From: an uncultured delta proteobacterium
Lineage (GTDB): Bacteria > Desulfobacterota > Binatia > Binatales > Binataceae
Assembly (NCBI GenBank): GCA_963765675.1
Contig: CAVXXK010000014.1
Location: 96,001 to 160,000 of the forward strand
Direction: 5' to 3'
DNA length: 64,000 nucleotides
Shown here: one piece after another, positions 55,765 through 64,000 of the stretch
Numbering within the stretch: the stretch's first letter is position 1
Layout of the letters: each line of letters begins with the position of its first letter
Made by a program: the position numbers and the translations under genes
The notes under the pieces: generated by a model
Databases searched by the model: none
Told to the model about the DNA's origin: nothing
Seen by the model: the letters and a program-made list of their open reading frames with translations, nothing else

Positions 55765-57408
55765 TTAATCTGCAGCCGCCGCCTTTGCGATGCGCGCCTC
55801 CTTGTACCCGGTATTGCAATAAGGATGCGTGAATTGAAGATTTTCCGGGGTACCCAATCCACCGTTTTCTTGGCGCGTCTTATGGTCCTTCGAGCGAGCG
55901 AAAGGCGGAAGTCTCGCTCCGCATTCCGTACAGCGCGCCCGTGTTGCGAGCGTATCGCGTACAATCGCTATTCTCTCGGCAGCTTTTGAGAATTTTTTAT
56001 GCGCGTGAGCGCTGTCGTCGTCTGATTCTACGGGCTGCTTAAGACCGCGCAGTTTCGGTTCAGCGAGGAGCTGCGCGATAATCTCAGCGTCCCCTTTAGC
56101 TCCATCCCACATGCTCTGCAATACAAGTCTGTGAAGCGTCAATAACGAATCTAGAGAGCGCGTCCGGCTGCCTTTGCTATGTGTCAGGTCGTTTATGAAC
56201 GACTTGTGCTGAACGAGAAAATCCTCAAAATCCTTCCGCACATCAGTAAATTTGAGGAGCTTCTTTTGCTGCTCTAGCTCTTGGGCCAATTTCAACGACG
56301 CTATAAATGCCGCCGGATGAAACTGCCCAGTAGCACCGTATGAATACACGGCTTGGTCAAAGCCCAACGACCCAGCATACGAATTATCAGCTACCAGCCG
56401 CGCTATCTCGCGAATCCGATTCAAAAACTCAAGGGTCTTAGAACCATCCGAATCGTCTGCGAGTTTGCTAACTGGTTTTTTGGAAGCCTTGTGATTTCCC
56501 TCTCGCTCTTGCCACATGGCGGGTGCGATTTCGTTGAAAATGTTTACCATATCCAGAATCATCGAAAATGCCTCTGCCGAGTAGGGCTGCCCCGCTCGTG
56601 GAACATCTGGACTTTGCGATCCGATTTCAACGATTAGTCCAAACAGCAACTTGTAAATATCTGCCGCTAATTCCTCGATTTGTTTAGCGTTAGCAGGGAA
56701 TTTGCCCCAATACTTATGGCCTTTGCCAGCTTGAATCAGCGCCCGCGTCGCGATGGCGTTGGGCTTCCTCCTTGCGCGCACAAGATCCAGCTCCGTCGGG
56801 CTAATTGTTGCGGGATTTTGATTTATCTTGAAAAACGAGCGTTCGGCGACAGCCGCGTCGCCCTCAACTTTCTGAATTGGGACTTGGCGTGTCGCAATGG
56901 CGCGCCCGCGTCGCACCAAGTCGGCGTCCGCAACCTCGCTCTCGTGAAGCGCGGCCCAATGGAGTCGCTCAAAGGTTCCTACACTCTCGGCCATTAGTGC
57001 TTGAGTTTTTTTGTGAAATTTCTTTTGCGCTGGAGGCACGTCGTAGCCAAAAAATTTGCGGGTAATTTCCCCATCGCCATAATCGTCGTTCACCCATGCG
57101 ATCAGCGCGCTCAATCGGTGCGACCCGTCAATAACGAAAATCTTGCCCGAGTTTTTGGAGTGCCAAAGGATCAGAGGTGGAATTAATTCATTGTCTAGAA
57201 AGCACTTGACAAAATCGACGACTAGTTCCGGCGACCAGTCCCAGGTGTGGCGCTGGAAATCGGGTTTTCTTAGCACGGTGAAATAGAGATTCGTCCGGGA
57301 AAGTTCTCCGAGCTTGAAGATCGGTTCAGAAGGTCCGCTAATGGCATCGCCAGATTCAAAATCTTCGCGTGCGATTAATGCATCCAGGTTGACCAAATGT
57401 GACGCCAT
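55765..57408 (-). CDS. DUF262 (ParB-like) + HNH endonuclease, GmrSD-like putative defence nuclease
   Basis: PDFQR..WDW, IPPLILW, VIDGSHRL, FFKIN; C-terminal CTECG..DH....GG...ENLQ..H..CN; visibly AT-richer than flanks. Confidence 0.8.
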   Translation of the reverse strand: MASHLVNLDALIAREDFESGDAISGPSEPIFKLGELSRTNLYFTVLRKPDFQRHTWDWSPELVVDFVKCFLDNELIPPLILWHSKNSGKIFVIDGSHRLSALIAWVNDDYGDGEITRKFFGYDVPPAQKKFHKKTQALMAESVGTFERLHWAALHESEVADADLVRRGRAIATRQVPIQKVEGDAAVAERSFFKINQNPATISPTELDLVRARRKPNAIATRALIQAGKGHKYWGKFPANAKQIEELAADIYKLLFGLIVEIGSQSPDVPRAGQPYSAEAFSMILDMVNIFNEIAPAMWQEREGNHKASKKPVSKLADDSDGSKTLEFLNRIREIARLVADNSYAGSLGFDQAVYSYGATGQFHPAAFIASLKLAQELEQQKKLLKFTDVRKDFEDFLVQHKSFINDLTHSKGSRTRSLDSLLTLHRLVLQSMWDGAKGDAEIIAQLLAEPKLRGLKQPVESDDDSAHAHKKFSKAAERIAIVRDTLATRARCTECGARLPPFARSKDHKTRQENGGLGTPENLQFTHPYCNTGYKEARIAKAAAAD

Positions 57409-57759
57409 AATCCGCCCCGGGTGAGATATTCAGGAGTCATGCTATTTTACACCCTGTCGGTTTGCGAGTGTCCGGTTTTTTAGGGTGGAGGGCGCTCTCT
57501 GGCTTGAGTGCTCAGATCGCATCCCGCGGGGCCCGTGTAGCACGCGCGGGGTTTATCAGCTAATGTCGATGCCTTGGCGGTCGGCACATCCCTCCTTCCT
57601 GCGGCCACGACGGTTGCCTATGAGAAATGTGCGGATGCTGGCGCGTCGCGCGCGAATTGGGCGCGATGCGATGGTGAGGCGCAACCTTTCGCGTCCCGAG
57701 CGGGTCCTGCTCCGTTCGCGAACATTTAATGCGGGCGGAGACCGCGGAGAAAATAAAGA

Positions 57760-58707
57760 ATGACGAATACGAATGCAGCTCGCGCGGCTGTCGCGCAGAG
57801 TCAGGCGCCCTGGGAGCAGCCATGGTGGCATGCTAAGGGACGCGACCTTTCGATCTTCCTCTGGATTGTTCTTATCCACATAACTGCGATCGTCGGATTG
57901 GTGATGTATCCGCTGCCCGGATGGCGAGTGCTGGCGGGCGCGATCGCACTGGTGTTTATCGGCGGTTTGGGCACGACAGTCGGATATCATCGCGCGATCG
58001 CGCATCGCTCGGTCACGCTTCATCCGTGGGTGCGCAGCATCCTGATTTTTTTCGCGATGTTCAACGGCTCCGGCGCGCCGACGACGTGGGCCGCGGGGCA
58101 TCGGCTGCATCACGCGAAAGCCGATACGCCCGACGATATTTCGAGCCCGGTGTGGGGCGGATTCTGGTGGGCGCATCTGCGATGGCTGTGGCAGGCGGGC
58201 GAGCCTCCGGTCGAGCGCTACTGCCCAGACCTGGGCGGGGTCGAATATCGCGCGTTCCGATGGTTCCAGCCGGCGATCCTGGCGGTGTCGTATTTTGGCG
58301 GCCTGGCGTTCGGATGGCCCGCATTTTTCTGGCTCGGCGCGATTCGGCTCTGCTTCGGGCTGCATGCGCAATGCTTCGTCAACAGCGTGTGCCACACCGA
58401 GCCTGGAATTCAGATCGGCGAAGATTCCAGCCGCAACGTCGGATGGCTCGCGTTTGTGCATCTGCTTCAGGGCGAGAACTGGCATCGCAATCATCATTCG
58501 CGGCCAGGTTCGGCGCGCCTGGGATGGAGCTGGCGCGAGCCTGACGCGGGATGGATCGTGATTCGCGGGCTCGAGATGCTGGGTCTCGCGACCGACGTCC
58601 GCGCGCCCTCGCACGAGGAGCTGCGCGCGGCGCGCGCGATGCGTCGCGGCGCCCGGAGAGGGATCGCGTCCGCGCGGATTGCGGGCGAGCTCGACTCCGC
58701 GGCCTGA
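57760..58707 (+). CDS. Membrane fatty-acid (acyl-CoA) desaturase
   Basis: His boxes HRAIAH, HRLHH, GENWHRNHH; NSVCH. Confidence 0.9.
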   Translation: MTNTNAARAAVAQSQAPWEQPWWHAKGRDLSIFLWIVLIHITAIVGLVMYPLPGWRVLAGAIALVFIGGLGTTVGYHRAIAHRSVTLHPWVRSILIFFAMFNGSGAPTTWAAGHRLHHAKADTPDDISSPVWGGFWWAHLRWLWQAGEPPVERYCPDLGGVEYRAFRWFQPAILAVSYFGGLAFGWPAFFWLGAIRLCFGLHAQCFVNSVCHTEPGIQIGEDSSRNVGWLAFVHLLQGENWHRNHHSRPGSARLGWSWREPDAGWIVIRGLEMLGLATDVRAPSHEELRAARAMRRGARRGIASARIAGELDSAA

Positions 58708-58863
58708 TCGAAAAACGTACTTCGCGACATCACGATGCGACGCGCGCGCGGCGGCAACGCCCGCGCGCGTCTGCGCGTTTGCCTCTCGCGCTACGCGAGT
58801 GCGGATTGCTATGTCATGGAGAATCGAAAACCCGGACCGGTGAAAGCAGGAGGCTCGAAAACC

Positions 58864-59313
58864 ATGTCTATGATGTCGGATTTCAAAGCGTTCGCGATGA
58901 AGGGAAACGTGGTCGATCTCGCGGTCGGATTTATTTTGGGCGGCGCGTTCGGGAAAATCGTCACCTCGCTGGTCGGCGACGTGATCATGCCGCCGATCGG
59001 ACTCGCGCTGGGCAAGGTGGATTTTTCGAGCTTGTTCATCAATCTCTCGGGGACGCATTACGCTTCGCTGGCGGCAGCCAAGGCGGCGGGCGCGCCGACG
59101 ATCGCATACGGCGCGTTCATCAACACGATAATTGATTTCGTGATCGTAGCATTCGCAATGTTTATCCTGGTGCAGCAGCTCGAGCGGCTGACGCGCAAGC
59201 CGGCGCCCGCCACGGTGCCGACGATCAAGCAGTGCCCGTTCTGCCTGAGCGATATTCCAGTCGCGGCGACCAAGTGCGCGCACTGCACGGCAGAGCTCAA
59301 AGCGGCGGCGTGA
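58864..59313 (+). CDS. mscL: Large-conductance mechanosensitive channel with C-terminal CxxC..CxxC tail
   Basis: [37 protein letters not shown]...IDF; tail CPFC.SDIP..ATKC.HC. Confidence 0.93.
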   Translation: MSMMSDFKAFAMKGNVVDLAVGFILGGAFGKIVTSLVGDVIMPPIGLALGKVDFSSLFINLSGTHYASLAAAKAAGAPTIAYGAFINTIIDFVIVAFAMFILVQQLERLTRKPAPATVPTIKQCPFCLSDIPVAATKCAHCTAELKAAA

Positions 59314-59412
59314 AAACTCGCGCGGCCGACGCGAAGCGTCATCAGTATGTGTGCGGATAGATCGCGTCGCCGGCGGGTCTGACCTCTTGCTCTGAAAGGG
59401 ACGTGCAAAGAT

Positions 59413-59447
59413 CGCGAGAGCCTGTCCTGAGCGGGTCGAAGGAAATC
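59413..59447. repeat. REP-like element, copy of 54388-54423
   Basis: CGCGAGAGCCTGTCCTGAGC...CGAAGGAAATC shared. Confidence 0.7.
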
Positions 59448-59509
59448 TCGCCCTCGGCGTTAGCACATGCTCGGACCTCCATCTGTTGATCGAGAGTCCG
59501 GAGCGAGAT

Positions 59510-60262
59510 TCAAGCCGGGCGGAAAACGAAGAAGTCCACCGGCTCGACTACGGACTCGTGCGACGGACGTGCGGCCGCATGTTTGCGCACGGCCGCGAGG
59601 CCGGCTTCGAATTCGCGATCTGAAAGTTGAATCAAAATCGAATCCGCTCGATGCGCGAGCTTCGCTGCGTACGCGTCCCAGCTCTCGGCGGCCTGGCTGG
59701 GCACCAGCTCGTGCGCGATCAAACGAAATCCCGCCGCGGCGAAAATCGATTCGATGCGCGCTTGCGATGTCAGAGACTTGTTCAAGATCGGTCGAGTGCC
59801 GGGGAAGAACGGGACGTATGCGTACGACTCGCATCGCTCCACAGTTCCGGCGCGCAGACAGACAGCGCCGTTCGAGCGCAGCACGCGGCGGCATTCCTGC
59901 GCGACGCGATCAGGATGCGCAAAGTGATGAAAGACCATCGACATGAACGCCAAATCCATCGACGCATCGGCGAGCGGCAGCGTTTCTCCCGACGCCTGCT
60001 CGTACCGCACCTTCTCGGATACTTTCCTGCGAGCCTCCGCGAGCATCTTTTCCGACGGATCGAGCGCGACCACGCGCGCATCGAAATGATTAGCGAGCGC
60101 CGCGGAGTAACGGCCGGTGCCGCAGCCGATATCAACGATGTCCGAAACGGTTCCCTGGGGAACCCATCGCGAAATCACGCCGAGCCAAAAAGCCAGCACC
60201 GCGGGCGGGTAGCTGCGCCCCGCGTCGTACGATGGCGGCATCCGGGTCTTGTCGTAATCCAT
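59510..60262 (-). CDS. Class I SAM-dependent methyltransferase
   Basis: IVDIGCGTG, ALDPS..ML, LP..D.S.DL, VFHH. Confidence 0.88.
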   Translation of the reverse strand: MDYDKTRMPPSYDAGRSYPPAVLAFWLGVISRWVPQGTVSDIVDIGCGTGRYSAALANHFDARVVALDPSEKMLAEARRKVSEKVRYEQASGETLPLADASMDLAFMSMVFHHFAHPDRVAQECRRVLRSNGAVCLRAGTVERCESYAYVPFFPGTRPILNKSLTSQARIESIFAAAGFRLIAHELVPSQAAESWDAYAAKLAHRADSILIQLSDREFEAGLAAVRKHAAARPSHESVVEPVDFFVFRPA

Positions 60263-60270
60263 CTAGCCGC

Positions 60271-61417
60271 TCACGCCTTCGCGCAGATGAAGATCGACGC
60301 CCGTGCGCCGAGGATCGCGATCTGCATCGCCTTCTCGATTCGGATGCGCCGGCGGGCCGCGAGCTCGCGCATCAGGGTCCATTCGGCCGAGAGCAGGACC
60401 ATCCGGCCACCCGGAGCCAGGACGCGGTTGAACTCCGCGATCCACGCCGGATAAAGCTTGCGGTTCTCGCCGTGCGTGCCGTAGCGGATTCCCCACGGCA
60501 GATTGGTGACGATTTTGGTGACGCTCGAATCGCCGAGCGGCAGCGCCGCGGCGTCCCATCCTTCCAGCCGGATCGGCTTGTAGCGCGGTCCGACGTTCCG
60601 CCGCGCGGCGGCCAGCGCGTCGGCGTCGCGATCGCTGCCGATAAGTTCCGCGTAGCGGCCAAGGCTGGCGCGCTCGATCAGGATTGTTCCCGCGCCGCAA
60701 AATGGATCGAGCACGACATCGCGCCCGTCCACGCCCGAGAGCCATCCTAGAGCCGCCGCCGCTGCCGGGCGCAGCGACGCGGGGCGATGCGCCACCTTGT
60801 AATCGCGATGCCGCATCGCCTCGCTCGAGAGCCGGACCGCGAGCAGCAGCTCGGACTCGAACATCGTGGCCCAGAACTCGACGTCGGCCTCGTTGTCGTC
60901 GTGGCGCCAGGTATGGTCGGTGCGCTCGGAGATTCCGCGTTCGACTGCGTGCTGCAGATCGACCCGGCGAAACTCATGCTCGCCTGCTTGCCGCGCGACC
61001 ACACGGTAGCGGAGCCGCCGTCCTCCGCGCGCCTTGGGATCGAATCGCACGCGCGCTAGAACTCCTGATTCGACGAGAGGAGCATCGCGCGCCGCCGCGC
61101 GAATCCTATCCGGCGTGACGGCTTCAGGATCGGGGCCGGCGCGGTAGCCGACCAGCGCGAAAATATCCTCGGCGCATCGCAGACGCACCAGAGGCGGACG
61201 GATCCGGCGCGGAGAAAATCGCCATCCCGCAGCGCTCCGGAACTATCCGCTGTCCGACTTCGCGCGCGCGCGGCACCCGCGCCAGGATTTCGCTGGTCGC
61301 GATCGCCTCGAACCCGGGCTGGGTCTGCGCGATGTACTGGTTCGGCCCGAAGTGCAGCGCCTGTGGCGCCGGACGCGGCGTGCGTTTTGCCCGGACCTGA
61401 TGTTGAAACCGGTTCAC
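60271..61417 (-). CDS. THUMP/UPF0020-type RNA methyltransferase with a frameshift near 61195
   Basis: N-part TQPGFE.IA..EI (ORF 61124-61417); C-part LR.AED, MRHR.YK....PASLRP..AA, LDPFCGAGTILIE, NLPWG. Confidence 0.8.
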
Positions 61418-61450
61418 GGCTTTCCTTGAGCCGCGTTCGGCGGTGGCTCT

Positions 61451-62014
61451 CTACTTGGTGCGCGACAGATATTCGTGAGTCTCGGTGTTGATCGTGATGG
61501 TGTCGCCGGTGTTGACGAAGTGCGGCACCTGAATCACCAGCCCGGTCTCGAGCGTCGCGTTCTTGAGCGTGTTGGTAACGGCGGCGTTGCGATTTCCAGG
61601 CTCGGTCTCGATCACCTTGAGCGTGACCGTCTTGGGCAGCGTGACGTTGAGCGGCGTTGTCTCGTGGAACTCGACTTCGACTTCGAGATTGGGCGTAAGG
61701 AAGCCCGCCACGTCCTCGATCAGCTCCTTGGGAATCGTGATCTGATCGTAGGTCTCGGTGTTCATGAAGTGGTAGTCGTCGCCGTCCTGGTAGAGGAACT
61801 GCATCTTGAGCTGGGACAGGATGATACGCTCGACGCGGTCTTCAGAGCGGAAGCGGTTTTCGGTCTGCGATCCGGTCTTGATATTGCGCAGCTTGGTCTG
61901 GACCATCCCGCGCCAGTTACCGGGCGTGATATGTGTGATCGTCATCACGCGCCACAGGTCCTTGTTGTACTCGACCACCATCCCGGCGCGCAGCTGCGTC
62001 GCTTGAATCAACAT
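61451..62014 (-). CDS. efp: Translation elongation factor P (PGN-loop type)
   Basis: A..LR.GM, H.TPGNWRG.VQ.KLRN..TG, MQFLY.DG..YHFM..ETY.Q, TEPG, K.ATLETG..I.VP.F. Confidence 0.96.
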   Translation of the reverse strand: MLIQATQLRAGMVVEYNKDLWRVMTITHITPGNWRGMVQTKLRNIKTGSQTENRFRSEDRVERIILSQLKMQFLYQDGDDYHFMNTETYDQITIPKELIEDVAGFLTPNLEVEVEFHETTPLNVTLPKTVTLKVIETEPGNRNAAVTNTLKNATLETGLVIQVPHFVNTGDTITINTETHEYLSRTK

Positions 62015-62091
62015 TGTAGATGCACTCTCGACTCGAAGATTAAGAACGAAAACTTATCCAACGCGGACTATCGGAGCAAGGACGCGCGGCG

Positions 62092-63558
62092 TTACGGAAT
62101 CAGGCGGCGATACCACGGGGTTGACGGCGGCATGTAGCCCGGAGGATAGCCGTAGCCCGGCGCGGGATAGCCGTAGCCAGGTGCGCCGTAACCCGGAGGA
62201 TAGCCGCCCGGATACACAGGTGCGCCGTAGGGACTTCGATACGCGTACGGCGATCCGTAGCCGTAAGGGCTCGCGCCGGGAACGACCATGACGGGCGGCC
62301 CGCTCGCGGTGCTCATCCCTTCGCTGTTCGCGTCGACCGATGCTTCGACAAAATTGCTGCCCAGGCCGTATGCGCGAATCGAGGCTTGCTGCCCCGGTGC
62401 CATCTGGAAGACGACGTCAAACGAATTGTAGGCGCCGGCGCCGATCGGAATCGACTTCATCAGGTGGCCGTTCTCGTAGACGCCTGCGCGATGCACTCCC
62501 GCGCCGGAGATCTGTCCGATTACTTCGTAGCTGCCCGGCTGCGCCGGCGACGGCATCACGCCGAGCACGTTTATCTGCACGTTGGTCAGGGGTCCCTCGA
62601 CGCCTCCGGGCAGCCTGCGTCCGGGCGCGCCGGTTGCGTCTTCGGAGCCGTCGGCACGCGGAATCTCTTCGGTATTGTTGCGAGGACCAGGAATTGCGGC
62701 CGGATCGGCCGAGGCAACCGCCTCGGAATCGAGTTCTCCACCGCCGAGCTCGATCATCTTTTCACGGCCGTCATGCGAATGCGTCAGCGCGGCCGCATCC
62801 GGCGCGAGCTGCGCTCGAGCAACGCGTCCGAGCGCGTCGGTCACCTCGAGCGTCTGCGAAGGCGACGGATCCTGCAATCCGAAATCGAAATTCACGCGCT
62901 GCTCGCCGCTCACGTCGCTGACCGCAATCGTCTTGATAGCGGTCGAGCCGTCGAAGATTCCCGCCGAGCGGAGATCGGTGCCTTCAAAGAATCCACGCAC
63001 CCGCACGCCGCCGCCCGTAAACGATCTCGAGCTGATCACGACTTGCGGAGCTTTCGGAGCTTCCGGGGGCAGGCTCGCCGATGGAGTCAAAGGACTGGAC
63101 GCCGGCGGAGCGCTGGTTGCGACCGGTCCCGCGACCGGCGTCACCTGCGCTTCGAGCGCCGCGATTTGTCCCTTGATTGAATTCCATTGCGGCAGATCCG
63201 GCGCTCCCTTGACCGCGCGCGCCGCGTCGATTTGATTACGGTCTTTCACGATCGCCGCCATCGCATGGCCCGCCGCCGCGCGGTCGCCCTTGTCGAGCGC
63301 GCCGCTCAGCGATTGCGCGTCGCTGGCGAGGCTCGCGACTGGCGGCAGCATAGCGCCCGCCTTCGCGTCGGCGTCGATCGAGTTGAGCATCGCAAAAGCG
63401 GCGTCGCTAAGTCCGGACGCTACCGCCTGCGGGGAATCAGCGCGCGTAGCGACGGGAGCAAACACCGCGAGCGCGAATGCCAGAATCGCCGCGGACGCTC
63501 GGACGGCCCGAGTCCGAATCGTATCGCGCAGACAAAGAAAGTTCCGTACGGTTCGCAT
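62092..63558 (-). CDS. Hypothetical exported protein with duplicated beta-rich domain and Tyr/Gly/Pro-rich tail
   Basis: Signal-like ..APVATRA; long ORF with GC3-biased codons; YG.P/PGY repeats. Confidence 0.75.
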   Translation of the reverse strand: MRTVRNFLCLRDTIRTRAVRASAAILAFALAVFAPVATRADSPQAVASGLSDAAFAMLNSIDADAKAGAMLPPVASLASDAQSLSGALDKGDRAAAGHAMAAIVKDRNQIDAARAVKGAPDLPQWNSIKGQIAALEAQVTPVAGPVATSAPPASSPLTPSASLPPEAPKAPQVVISSRSFTGGGVRVRGFFEGTDLRSAGIFDGSTAIKTIAVSDVSGEQRVNFDFGLQDPSPSQTLEVTDALGRVARAQLAPDAAALTHSHDGREKMIELGGGELDSEAVASADPAAIPGPRNNTEEIPRADGSEDATGAPGRRLPGGVEGPLTNVQINVLGVMPSPAQPGSYEVIGQISGAGVHRAGVYENGHLMKSIPIGAGAYNSFDVVFQMAPGQQASIRAYGLGSNFVEASVDANSEGMSTASGPPVMVVPGASPYGYGSPYAYRSPYGAPVYPGGYPPGYGAPGYGYPAPGYGYPPGYMPPSTPWYRRLIP

Positions 63559-63575
63559 CGCCCCCGCGATTCACC

Positions 63576-63713
63576 TCAGGAGGATTGTTTGTACCGATCC
63601 GCAGTCAGCTTGATCTGCCGGCCAAGCTTCAGGAACAACTCGCCTTCGTTGTAAATGAAGAGCGCGAGCGCGCCTGCCACCCCAATAATCAGTCCTAGAA
63701 GAAACGCACCCAT
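63576..63713 (-). CDS. Small single-TM protein (45 aa)
   Basis: GAGGAG RBS; MGAFLLGLIIGVAGALALFIY. Confidence 0.6.
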   Translation of the reverse strand: MGAFLLGLIIGVAGALALFIYNEGELFLKLGRQIKLTADRYKQSS

Positions 63714-63875
63714 CTTCAGGCTCCTCAAGACACAACTATAGTCCAACTTGCATCCATAAAAGAAACCAGATTTCACGATGCTCGGGGGTCCAAATCCGGG
63801 CAGGTTGTGGCGCCGCGCGGTGATCTGTTAGTAAAATCCTTCCTGATATACTCGTGATCTGACGCCGTCTGTAAA

Positions 63876-64000
63876 GTGGGACATCCTGACATCAATGCTG
63901 CGGGTTCGTCGCAGGCGCTCTCCGCCTCGGGCGACTACCGTGCGCTGCGCGACGGTGCGGGTGCGATCGCGCTTGGCGAGCGCATCGTCGTCCGCGTGAC
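63876..64000 (+). CDS. 5' end of a probable YgfZ/GcvT-like folate-binding protein (partial)
   Basis: Frame reads ..GDYRALRDGAGAIALGERIVVRVT, resembling the GcvT/YgfZ N-terminus. Confidence 0.5.
   Translation, partial: MGHPDINAAGSSQALSASGDYRALRDGAGAIALGERIVVRV

Overview
64 kb of GC-rich bacterial chromosome. Many F420-type LLM oxidoreductases, amidohydrolases, a CaiB transferase, a P450, a Thr/Pro-linker sedolisin and a Pro-Arg-His-Lys tRNA cluster suggest a soil lineage such as Ca. Binatota (inference). Left part (about 5.4-19.6 kb): a general-stress-like island with a KaiA-less kaiC-kaiB-kaiB-PAS kinase-response regulator operon, UdgX, DUF72, basic proteins, an Fgd2-like F420 enzyme and a lipoprotein phospholipase D. 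Four of its transcription units have sigma54-type (-24/-12) promoter motifs. Middle (19.8-29.7 kb): phosphonate catabolism genes (phosphonate monoester hydrolase, TIGR03364-type oxidoreductase, PhnX) in one run with a P450 and a CoA transferase. That run is headed by a DUF547-radical SAM fusion, divergent from a fused TIGR04282/TIGR04283-like glycosyltransferase. Right part: aceE-aceF, a candidate sigma54-dependent sRNA of about 114 nt with C-rich loops, four tRNAs, a HigBA-like pair, a tetraheme cytochrome/NarI-like pair, nested REP-like elements, a lower-GC DUF262-HNH gene, a desaturase, mscL and efp (PGN loop). Several frameshifts and two garbled patches (about 12.4 kb and 21.3-22.0 kb) look like long-read or assembly errors. 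All family calls come from motif recognition by eye, not from database searches.
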